Below, one piece after another: positions 24,488-48,646 of a stretch of 64,000 bases of DNA. The notes under the pieces were generated by a model. It worked only from the letters and a program-made list of their open reading frames with translations, ran no database searches and had not been told where the DNA came from. Both the position numbers and the translations under genes were made by a program. Each line of letters opens with the position of its first letter. Position 1 is the first letter of the stretch. The DNA is taken from assembly GCA_020137815.1 (NCBI GenBank), contig CM035354.1, positions 7,316,001 to 7,380,000 on the forward strand. The letters run 5' to 3'. Source of the DNA: Hormiphora californensis (taxonomy: Eukaryota > Animalia > Ctenophora).

Positions 24488-26797
24488 ACGAGATACAACT
24501 GCGACGGTGTTGGTGGGCATCCATACTGGCGTGTTTCTAGCACTGGTGATAGGGGCAGTAGTGGTGGATCAAACGGAGGACATGGCTTTGGCAGGGTGGG
24601 CCCTGGTCATGGCCCTTGCTGCTGAAGTCATCATGAAGATCACCATGGAGATATTCACTGTGGCAACCACGAGGGATTGGATTCTAGAGGTAACTGGGGG
24701 TAACTAGGGGGTAACTAGGGGTATCCAATACCACCAGGGATTATATTCTAGAGGTAACTATGTGGTAACTAGGGCCTGGGGTAAAATTTGAAAAAAGATA
24801 TATGTCATGACGTTCTGCTTTCCATATCATTAAAAAGTGACGGTCTGGCATTAAAATAATCTTGAACTCTAGGACTCTAGAAGATACTAGGATACTTGAC
24901 ATTTATGTCAGGAGTCTAGACCACTTAGTGCTCTGCAACTAATAGGCATTTGAAGGGTACAGATGGCGGCTCGTTGAACTGCTTGTACTACATGTTGTGC
25001 AGTAAAATATAGAAAGAGAGATTGACAGGTAAAATTCAAGGGAGTGTCGGAGGGGGGGGGGGTAAGCCGGTAGGGGTGACCGTTGTCTAGACCACACCTA
25101 GGTATTGCGATATGAACCAATACCTTCTGGAACCATCCATAGCAATCGATCCCCTTCATCTAATGTGATCCTGACGTCAACATTACTAAACCATTCACTC
25201 ACCCATTTAACCAAATTAGTTCATCATGATGATGCATCATCTCTCTCTGAAATGTCTCTCTCGCTCTCCGTCTCTCTCTTTCCATCTCTAGCTTTCAAGT
25301 CACCATCATAACGTCATTTTAAAAGCCACTATAAGTGATTCTTTGCTAATTTAAGCAATTGGTCACCCTCAACATCTCAAATCCTATCCCATTTAGAGAT
25401 TCCCCCCCCCCCCCCGAGATCTTCTAGAACCTTCTGATCATGTCATCTGACTCAAGAAACATATAACCCCCTCTAATCACCTCCTGCTAATCTCACCTAC
25501 TGACCTTGATGTTATCTTGTCTCACCTTCCCTTCCTAACAGATATCAGATAACGACTCAGAACAGATGGTGACAGGAAACACATGGTACTACATAATGGC
25601 TGTCACTATTCCGGGCCTCATGACCCTCGGGGGAAACTACCTGTTTGATGAAAACTTGGGGGGAATCACAGGTATAATAGTGACAATGCTCTGAGTCTGA
25701 CCGCAGCTTTCCCGCTGTCAGGCCAACCATCAATGCTCTGACAGACATAGCGTGACGTCACAGATTTAAAGAGAGAAATGACGTCATAACTGTTAGTTGT
25801 CAGACAACTAATAGTTGATCGAAACGTGGGAATCAAGCTGTCAGGCCAATTCCCTGATCGCGGTTCTCGCTCCTTATTTGAAAGAAACGAGAATATTTAC
25901 CCTTATTTAGTAAAACTAATACTCAATAATCCTTCCCTCCCAGGTATCGTGTTGACTCTGGGAGCAACAGCCATCCTCCTCCAACTGCTAGCCCTAGCTG
26001 GAATCATCTTTATAATCGGCCCTCAACGCTCCAACCTAGATCACCATGCCCCCTCCCTACCACACAACAACTACAAATACTTCTTCTCCATGCCTGCCTG
26101 GGAGCTCTCCCTGGGACTTGATGTCGAGAGTGTGGGACTCATCTCATTCGGCCTCTTCATGAGGATGTTCCTAGCACACAAGGGTGTCACCCCCTACACC
26201 ATCTCAGTTCTGTTATTCCTTCAGTCTGCAGCTGCTGTTATTGCAGCCCTCTTCTTCCCTGCCATCAGGAGGTTCTGTCAGGACGGATACGTGCTGATGC
26301 TGTGTGTAGTTGGGAAGATTGTATTCGCTGCTGTTTTCCTGTTTGTGGTACTAAAACAAACCTACCAAAGTGAGATCGAGGATGCGGTGGTGATCATCAC
26401 CCACGATGCCATCTTCATTGATTTGGAGAGTGTGTTACCCCAGGATAACACTATTCTAACTGCTACCATCATGGTCAGCAGTGTGCTGCTAGCCATGTTC
26501 TGTCAAGTGGACACCCTCTCATCCAACCAGATTATCCAGGAGTCCATCCTGGATGGAAACAGGGGACAATACGCTTCCGCAGAGTTCTCCTTCAAGTACA
26601 TTTTCACGCTGATCAAACAAATGTGTATTGCCTGCATTGCCTTTGAGTCTCTGTTCATGGTGCTCCTGGTGCTCACTTTTGTGTGTGAACTGGTGAAACT
26701 GTTTCTGGTCGTGAAGTGGGTGTTGAGGAGTCGGAATGCGAGGTTTGGGGATGTGGACGAAATAAAACTTGAAAAGACAAGTCTAATGGCTAGCTAG
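24488..26797 (+). CDS. Divergent ferroportin-like (SLC40 family) MFS transporter; 5' exons unresolved
   Basis: Exons 24488-24689, 25542-25671 and 25944-26797 splice in phase. Motifs TVATTRDWILE (cf. ITIQRDWIVV) and DTLSSNQIIQESILDGNRGQYASAEFSFKYIF (cf. [32 protein letters not shown]); many TM helices. Confidence 0.75.
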
Positions 26798-27390
26798 TAG
26801 GACCGGGTAAATTGGGAGTTTTTTTAATTTGTATCATCGCAGTTTGTGTATATGATCCGTCATAGAAAGTAGTTGTTTTGTTCAAACCTTGGCGTGAGAC
26901 AGGGCAAGAAGTTAGTTGCATGAAAGGACTATAATGTTAGGACTATGTTAGAGCTACATTTGATAACCCAGACGTCTGGACCATTGTCTAGACACTAATT
27001 TGTCTGGTCTCCATTTTGTGAGGGATGTTTATGACTTCGAACCGGGACATAAACCAGACCCGTCTCGAAGAGAATGATCATGGGACGTGATATCATGTCT
27101 ATTGAAGTTGTTTTGTATGGTGCTATTTATTGTGCCAGTTCTGTAGAAGATGTTCGTGTTCAATATGGCTCAAGGAGGAAAACATATCACACTTCAATAC
27201 GTGTTGCACCACGTGGCATGCACACAATAGTGTTCCCATATTATGCTCCCATTGTGTCGAACGTTTCCCACCACTATTTCAATTCATTTCCACCATTAAT
27301 CCCCAAAAAGATGGGCTGAAAAGGGGACAGGATGTGACCATGAACATTGGACAAAACGCCACTATATTTCCGGGGTATTACAATAGTTAA

Positions 27391-27440
27391 TCACGTGATA
27401 TATTTGTTGCCAAAAATAGCCACCTATTCGATCTATAAAA
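27391..27440 (+). promoter_or_regulatory. Putative promoter of precursor gene 1: TCACGTGA E-box and TATAAAA
   Basis: TCACGTGA at 27391-27398 and TATAAAA at 27434-27440, about 85 bp before the ATG; same layout before gene 2. Confidence 0.55.
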
Positions 27441-27522
27441 CCGAGAAAGCAAAAACTGTTTATTCATCAACTTTGTAAACCATTTTACTCATAAACCACT
27501 GATCGTGATCCCTGCTTTAACT

Positions 27523-28851
27523 ATGCTGAAGCTACTGGTTCTAATCTCTACTGTCGGATTCTGTCTTGCAGAAAATGAAGAAACGTAAGCTTTCATTCTA
27601 TTGAATACAATTTACGTGACTCACTACATGTTACCATTACTTCAGACGGGATACTTGATTACTATAACTATCGGATAGTTTACTAGTTCAAACACAAATG
27701 ATGTTTCTATAATTACAGGTTGGATAAGAGGGCATCGTGCAGTATCATTGAGAGTGGTGGTAATGCTAGGTTTTACCCAGTTGATTCTGTAATTCAGGTA
27801 AATCGGATGCTGGTGGATAGGGGTGGGAGTAATCTCGGGTTCTGGGGGTAAAGGGGAGTATACCTTCCCGACGCGAACTACCATTTATTGTCCACACCCC
27901 ACGGCGGAGTATTCTAGAAGTAGATAACCACTAGATAACCACTAGATAACCACTATACTAAACCAGATACCCTGTACCTCTCAAATCTAAAATCTCAAAT
28001 ATCTTTAAATAGATGGGGCAAACAGAGTTGTGTCAGTGTCGAAGTTCTGGAACTTTCCGATGTCGTCATTCGAGCAGGATCGCTAAGAGGTGGATCGAGG
28101 AGGAGGAAATGTAAGAGAGAGAGGGAGCTAATTTAGTTTCTGCAGAATCACCCTACCCTACCTACGTCATTCAATATTCTTTTTAACCGTCCTGCCGCGA
28201 CTAGAAATACCTTATATAATTACTTCGGTACCTGCTAAAAGCAAAATCCTAATCCCTTTAATAATATAATTCCTGCTAAATACGAATGTATAAACTCGAT
28301 TACTAAAATCCGGCTATATTAATTTTAACCTCTACAGGGAGCAACATATATTTATATTTTCTAACCTCTGATCCCTATAACAGGGAGACAGCTGAAGTGG
28401 AGAAGAGGGCATCTTGTGTGATGATTGAGGAGGGAGGAAGGAGTAGGAGCTACCCTGTTGACTCCATAATTCAGGTACAGCACATTATGACACCACTACC
28501 AGTCTCGAATGTTTCCTTCTGGGGGTATAACATCGTTCCTGGGGGAGGAGAGGGTACGGTTAAATAGCTGTAAATTTATACTGGGGTGAATTCTAGTTTC
28601 TTGGTAATTTGTCTGCTACCAGTAAAATATCCATTTTAGGGTTGATTTAGGAGATTTACCCCCCTCTTTAGAAACCTTGTTGGGATACGGGCCACCCGAC
28701 ATTCCTTACTCAACATATTTAACCCATATTCCCTCATCAGATGAGCCAGACGGAGAAATGTCAATGCAGAAGTTCTGGAACATTCCGTTGTCGTGATTCT
28801 ACCAATAAGCGACCTAGTATCGACAAGAGATGGCCCCGATATGGGTTTTAA
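27523..28851 (+). CDS. Secreted Lys-Arg-processed precursor 1 (146 aa) with two 4-Cys modules
   Basis: Five exons (27523-27584, 27719-27797, 28013-28110, 28384-28474, 28741-28851), all GT-AG and phase-consistent: MLKLLVLISTVGFCLA-ENEETLD-KR-ASCSIIESGGNARFYPVDSVIQMGQTELCQCRSSGTFRCRHSSRIA-KR-WIEEEEMETAEVE-KR-ASCVMIEEGGRSRSYPVDSIIQMSQTEKCQCRSSGTFRCRDSTN-KR-PSID-KR-WPRYGF*. Confidence 0.88.
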
Positions 28852-29358
28852 ACAATAACCCATGAACAATTTAACTTTATATAAAGCCCTAAAAATTGGA
28901 CAGTACGCATCTTTCATTTACAGTGCATGTAATTGTGTAGTAATTTATCATACAGTTCAATATACTCCCTCCCTTGTGAAACATTGTGAGCGTTCCATTG
29001 TCCCCCCAGAAAACAAAAGGGGCCAGGATAAAGGGGGCAGGATAAAGGTGCCCCAAATTGTCCCAGCTGCTGCAGCTCCCTTATTAAATATGTGCATCAT
29101 ATGGTGGGTTACAAAGTCAAAAAGCTCTTGTTCTCTGGACAAAGTTGGTTGGACCCTAACATCCGTTTCCGCAGAATCCATCTTCTCTTTTCTCCTTTCA
29201 TATTCGTATTCCCTCTCTCTCTGTCTATCTCATCATCCTCTCTTTCTCTCTCTTTCTATCTTATCATCCTCTCTCTCTTTCTCTTCTTGGTGGAGCTACT
29301 TCTTGTTCAACAATGGCGCCCCGGGGCGGATATGCGTGCGCAACGAGAACATGGACCT

Positions 29359-29427
<69 letters not shown>

Positions 29428-29571
29428 AAAGGATAGAGATACAAGAACTACTTGGAGAAGAAGAGTTCAGTGCGAACAAAAGAGCTACTTGAAAAGGAAG
29501 GGGGACCAGGAGGAGTAGCACGTGCACAGTGAGCCCCCTCCTCTTGTTGTCGCCCCACCCGGATATTTACA

Positions 29572-29604
29572 TCACGTGACATGCCACCCTGCAACCCATA
29601 TAAA
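29572..29604 (+). promoter_or_regulatory. Putative promoter of precursor gene 2: TCACGTGA E-box and TATAAA
   Basis: TCACGTGA at 29572-29579 and TATAAA at 29599-29604, about 90 bp before the ATG. Confidence 0.55.
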
Positions 29605-29693
29605 TCATCCCAAGCATCCCTAGCACCTCAATTCAATCCCAATACTTGTTTACTCAGTTTCATATCAAGCCTCCGGCCCCCCACTTCTCCAAA

Positions 29694-31107
29694 ATGTTCA
29701 AGATTCTTGTTGCTGTTTCGGTGGTTCTCTGTGTGGTTAGTGCCCTTCCTGCCAAGAGGAGCGTGGACATGGATGATGATGACATGTGAGTAACTGAGAG
29801 AGTAAAATATCAATCTTTGCTAGGCAATCTTGAGAACTGCTACCTAATATTCCGAGCTAAAATCGACCGCGGCGCACGTTTTCTTCTCTGCCATTTGATC
29901 GTTCATTCTTTCATTCATTCTTTCCTCAAAATATACCTACGCTGCTAAAATAAGACCTGTCATCCATCCCTTCAATCTACATAACTAATATAACTATCAC
30001 TGTCTAATATTAGTCAAATGATCTTGCTGTCTAAGTGTCATATAAATATAGACCGTCTATTTTTAGAAGACATCATTGAAAATTACCTAAAAATGGTTGG
30101 CTATAAAAATATTGTCTAATAAAAATGAAATATTGACAACCACTTAACCAAACCGCTCTCTTATCAAACAAAATTCTATTAATAGGAGTGTGAGAGTATA
30201 CGAAAAATATTCCAATTCCTTAATTGGTCAATCTGTCAATTTCTCGATTAAGAGTTAAATCATTCGCTCCCTATAATTTCAATTTCCATAGTAACCCATG
30301 AATCTTCCTAAATGATCCCAAAATAACCCTAAATGATCCCTAAATTACCCCCTCTCTCACCTGCAGGGCTCTGCTCGAGGTTCTGGTAAGGGATGCTGCT
30401 AATGTTGAGAAGAGGTCAACCTGCCACATGATTGAGGGAGGAAGAGAGTACGCTGTTAACTCTGTTGTCCAGGTAACGGCTTTTAATCACCATGGTAACC
30501 ACGAGAGTTATCATTCCTGAACCATAGAATCAAATTCAAATCCCATTCTTTCAATCAGGTTTCCTGTAATGTGTGTCAATGTAAATCTTCAGGAAAATTC
30601 AACTGTACCCATCGAACGTGTGCTTAGGTAGCAAAATCGAGTGCCTTGCTTAGTGTATGATGCTAGCAAAATCGAGTGTTTTGCTTAGTGTGTGATGCTA
30701 GCAAAATCGAGTGTTTTGCTTAGTGTGTGATGCTAGCAAAATCGAGTGCCTTGCTTAGTGTGTACTTATGATGCTATTGAATTGGTATCAAAATCGAGTG
30801 CGTTGTGTGTTTTCTCTGCTTCAAACGATTTGCTACAAAAAGTGAAACGGGGGAGTGCCTTTCTCTCATCGTATCACAGATTATGTCATACTTCATTAAA
30901 TATCTTATGAGACATTTTTGAACTAGTGAACAGCTGAAGGGTGACGTGTGTGATTGTTTGAGTTTTATCGATTAGATTACCAACTCAACTTACCAAATAT
31001 CCTTGTCTTTAACTTACCAAATATCCTTGTATTTTCAGGTCAGTGGTAGCCGATTGTGTCAGTGCAGGTCAACAGGACAGTTCAGGTGCAGCGACGTCGG
31101 AAAATAG
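29694..31107 (+). CDS. Secreted precursor 2 with alternative last exons (6-Cys pacifastin-like or 4-Cys module)
   Basis: Exons 29694-29785 and 30367-30472 give MFKILVAVSVVLCVVSA-LPA-KR-SVDMDDDDMALLEVLVRDAANVE-KR-STCHMIEGGREYAVNSVVQ, then either 30559-30627 (VSCNVCQCKSSGKFNCTHRTCA*) or 31039-31107 (VSGSRLCQCRSTGQFRCSDVGK*). Confidence 0.85.
30629..30802. repeat. ~35-bp minisatellite (TAGCAAAATCGAGTGYYTTGCTTAGTGTRTGATGC), about 4 copies
   Basis: Direct tandem copies immediately after exon 3A. Confidence 0.9.
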
Positions 31108-31301
31108 AGAGAGAGTTAACAGACACTGTTTTTATGTTTACTGCACTTTCTTATCAATAGAAAGAGCGTATCTTATTCCTTTTCTCTATGTTTTGCCTCT
31201 TTTTAACCCCTTTAACCACCTGATTTTTATATTTGATTCCTGGGAATAGTGCGTTAAATAAGATGGCCTGTCAGCCGGGGATATGGGTGCTTCTGGGCTA
31301 G

Positions 31302-31560
<259 letters not shown>

Positions 31561-31929
31561 GGGGCGAGGAAGATGTAGACTGCACTGCATCCCCCGACGA
31601 GAAACGTCAGCCGTTCAAAGTCTAAGAGAGAGAGAGAGAGAAATAAAAGAGAGGTGGTCCGACTGTTTAACAAGCTAACCATGATAAAGGGAGGATGCAG
31701 TGCTTGTCAAAGAATATTAAATGCTAACAATTCACTGGGGTCATAATAAAAGCATAACATAACATCTGTACAAAATCAATAATAATATTATGGGTGGTCA
31801 TATTGTAGTGATCACATACTCTGAGTTCTGATAAGAAGAGAGGTGAACTCTCAAAGTAAACCCACCGAGCTGGTGGCTCACCACCAAAAAGGTCTACTTA
31901 ATAGACGGTAAAGATATGGATTTATACAC

Positions 31930-44902
<12,973 letters not shown>

Positions 44903-45037
44903 CGTGTCACATGGCAGCTAGATTAAAAGAGCAGGGGCTTAAAATCATAATCGCAATATTGAAAGACAAACACGTTTTCAGACGAATTAACAAAGTATAT
45001 AACTAGTCAAAGTTTAAAACCGTTAAAAATCACCAAT

Positions 45038-45435
45038 TCAAGTGATAGAAAACTGTAGCAACTTTTCCACAAACTCAGGTTCCCTAACATCGACCTGAAC
45101 TTTGTCCAAAGCACAAGCCACAAACACCGCCAACAAATGCTTACATAGAAAGCTAGTTCGTTTATTAATAACTGTGTCGGAAAATCCACGACAAGGACAG
45201 TACATCTCTCTTTTCAAGCAGGTGAATTGTTCGTGTTCACTTCGAATCTGAAAAACGGATCTTCCTTGACTGCTTTTCACCTTCCAGATAGCGTCCTTGT
45301 CAACAAGATCGAGTGCAGGACACAGAATATTGCCACAGATAAGCTGCAGTGTCTTAATCGACTCAGGGGTGAGATCTTTTTCGCCCCTTATTTCTGCTAT
45401 GACTTCCTTAAACATGAACGTCACCACGTTGTGGT
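45038..45435 (-). CDS. ZSWIM7: Zinc finger SWIM domain protein 7 (SWS1 homologue)
   Basis: ALDLVD...GRSVFQI...YCPCRGFSDTVI...LCKHLLAV: SWIM CxC...CxH in a ~125-aa protein; acceptor at 45436, first in-exon Met at 45415. Confidence 0.85.
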
Positions 45436-45624
45436 CTGACAACGTAATGTAATGTAATGTAATGTAAATTATGCACTTAATATCCCACTCAATAGTGAAT
45501 ATATACCCAGAAAAATGGTGCCAACGCACTCTCTAAAGTATCACTTTCTCAAGTGGATTACATTGTCTTTCTGAACTTAACGAAATTTTGCTCGCAACAA
45601 CCGGAGCAACTTCAAAACACAACT

Positions 45625-45655
<31 letters not shown>

Positions 45656-45959
45656 CACTAAAAAAGAATAAATTAAATTGTTAATAAATTAGCCCCCGAT
45701 CATACAAAAGTCCAGAACGCTTGATTTGGTATCAGTAAGGGGCCCTTACTAAGGGCGCCTGTGCATCGTCGGCACGGATTAGTGTTTCATTCGTCAAATA
45801 TCGGGTCTCTCGTTCGCACTCCCATAACCAGTACCACTCCCTGCAGGGAGGGTGGGTGGTGAGAAAATGCCGATTTTCAGAACGAATACGTACCAAAGGT
45901 AGTAATGTGTTTGGTAGCTGTCCAGGGAGGGAAGATCCGGTGTGATAAAGTGGAAGGAT

Positions 45960-46600
45960 GTGGAGCCACAATCCGGATGGGATGCAAAGGGAGGGTGCAA
46001 AAGCAGGAACCAAGGAGGGAGGGGGTGTAGAACCAGGTACCAAGGAGGGAGAGGGTGTGGAAACAGGTACCCAGAAGGAGGGTTCAGACACAGGGACCGA
46101 AGAGGGAGGGCGCAGAAGTAGGTACCCAGAAGGGAGGGTACAGAATCAGGACCCATGGGGGAAGGGTGTAGAGGGCGGACCTAGGAGGGAGACTGGAGAG
46201 GTGTGGAAGCAGGACCCAGGAAGCAGGACCCAGGAGGGAGGGTGCAGGAACAGGTACCCAGGAGCGGAGATGTGTAAGGCAGAAGCAGGTTCCGAGGGGG
46301 GAGAGGGTGCAGAAGCAGGTACCAAGGAGGACGGGGTGTAGAAGCAGGTACCGAGAAGGGAGGGTGCAGAAGCAGGTTCCAGGAGGGAAGATGAAGTAGC
46401 AAGTTTCAAGGATGCGGAGGGAAGCCTTAGGTGGAGGTACTTATGGTCAAAAGAGATCCAGGGAGAGGTGCTGAAAAGGAGTTGCCTAAGATAAGGTGCA
46501 GAAGGAAGTGCCCAACGGTACAGTCAAGGGAGGATACAGAAGGAGGTGCACAGAATGGAGTGTAGAAAGGGGGGCACCAGGGCCGGGGGGGGTGTCCAGT
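45960..46600. repeat. GC-rich degenerate ~30-bp minisatellite (GAAGCAGGTACCAAGGAGGGAGAGGGTGYA), probably the LINE 3' UTR
   Basis: Repeated GAAGCAGGTACC / GGAGGGTGCA units directly downstream of the RT stop codon. Confidence 0.75.
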
Positions 46601-46696
46601 AGGAGGGAACTAGGAACTGGGGCATAGACTGCAGAAGAGAGGGACCCACGGGTGTCTTGAGGCGGTGGTCGCAGAGCTGGTTGTGATTGAAACAGA

Positions 46697-48646
46697 TTAG
46701 ATCACGGAGTATGAGCCTCCATAGGTCTTCACAAAGAGATAGGTCTTCAGTTGCTTTTTGAAGAGATTAACAGTTTCCAGTTGCCGGATTTTTCTTGGCA
46801 GATTGTTCCAAATAACTGGACCAGCAATGGAAATTCCTCGTTCAGTGATTTTATGTCGCAGCTTTAGGTCACCATGAATCTTCTCCTCTAGCAAGGTTTT
46901 GTCGTTATTTGCACGAAGATTGACAGATTTTGGTCGACGTTTTTGGATCTCATTGGTTAAATAGTCAGGTGCATAACCATGAACAACTTGGTGCATCAAC
47001 AGACAGACCTTAAAGTGAATCCTAGCTTCAACTGGCAGAAAATGTAGCCATCGCCTGAGAGCCGTAACTCCTCTTCGCTTCTTCCATCCGAATATATACC
47101 TTGTAGCTGAATTTTGGATCTTCTGTAGTCTATTGAGTTGCTTTGCCGAAATTCCATTAAGAAGCGAATTACAGAAGTCAAGCTTGGAATGTATGAACAC
47201 ATTTACCATCCTTATCTTAGACTGCCAGTTCAGCATATCTCCTATCCTCCAAAGGTTGGTAAGGTAGCCCATGCATCCACGGACGACGTGAGATACGTGT
47301 TTCTCCATGCTAAGTTTTTCATCAAAGACCACCCCAAGATTTCTCGCCGACTCAACTGTGTCAGTCGGTGTTCCAAAGACAGTAAGTTTGGTTGGGCTTG
47401 GTTCACGATCGTATGCTGATCTTACTACCATCACTTCTGTTTTTCCTGAGTTTAGCATAAGGCGGTTTTTAGCCATCCATTTTTGTATATCAAGTAGGCA
47501 TCTGTTAATTTTTTCCTCGGTTGCAGCAAGCTCAGCATTCTTGAAAGAGCAGTAAAGCTGACTGTCATCAGCATACAGATGTAGCTTCATACCATGCAAC
47601 TGGACAATCTGCTCCAACTCCTTGGTGTACATTATGAACAGTATAGGACCAAGAATACTACCCTGTGGTACACCAATAGTTACTTCTCGGGGCGTTGAGG
47701 ATGCACTACCTATCTTCACAGACGATGATCTTCCTGTGAGGTACGATCTGAACCACTCCAGTGCTTTACCACCAATCCCATAGGTGTTACGAAGTTTCCT
47801 GAGTAGCCTTTCGTGGTCAATAGTATCAAACGCAGCGCTCAAGTCAAGCAACAAGAGCACTGCCTTAGAGTTATCATCTGTGAGGAGTAGCAAGTCATCG
47901 AGTATCTTTACAGTTGTGGTCTCAACACTATGACCCTTCCTATATGCTGATTGGAATCTACCTAGAAGGTTGTTTGTCTCCAGATATCCTGTCAGCTGAA
48001 GGGAGACAGCCTTTTCTATCACTTTTGAGATGAAACTTAAATTAGATACCGGTCGATAGTTTTTCAGATCTTCTTTATCGCCTTGCTTTAGTTTAAAAGA
48101 CGGTCTGACTTGAGCGACTTTAAGATTAGACGGAAAAACTCCACTGGCGAGACTGGTATTGACAATGTGGGACACCATCTCTATCAGCTCAGGTAGGAGG
48201 TTCGATATCATCGAGGTTGGGATCGGATCCAAGTCACAATGCTTATGCGCCATAGAACGGATAAGTTTGACTAGTTCCTCGTCTGTTAGTTTCTGGAACT
48301 CTTCAAATTTGCACTTTAGTACAGGATCGGGGATTTCAGGAGCAGGACCTAACCGTTCAGCATCTATCTCAATCTTCTCATAGATGTCGTCCACCTTCTT
48401 TTTAAAGTAGTCAGCAAAAGCCTCAGCCAGCTCTGCATCTTCCAACCCGCTAGGTTTCTCTGTCGGATTCTTAGTCCTCCCCAGAATAAAGTTCGTAAGA
48501 CGAAAAAAGGCTGCAGCATTGTTCTTGGATTCACTAATCTTCTTGTGGTAGAAATCACGCCTTGCAGTCTTGATAGTAGCAGTGGCTTCTACGTTCGCTT
48601 TTTTCAGTTCATAAAGAGCTGTCAAAATATCACGTTGAGTTTTCAC
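46697..48646 (-). mobile_element. 5'-truncated non-LTR retrotransposon (L2/CR1 group) with open RT domain
   Basis: 649-aa ORF with YRPVSNL, QSAYRKGHSVET, LLDLSAAFDT, GVPQGSILGP, YADD and SKLDFCNSLL; no endonuclease domain. Confidence 0.92.

Noticed and set aside
25826-25943. N-terminal part of the 323-aa ORF as a protein start
   Set aside because: It is intron sequence; the exon begins at the acceptor at 25944 and joins the exon ending at 25671 in frame.
45732-46409. Pro/Gly-rich ORFs
   Set aside because: Open frames across a GC-rich minisatellite.
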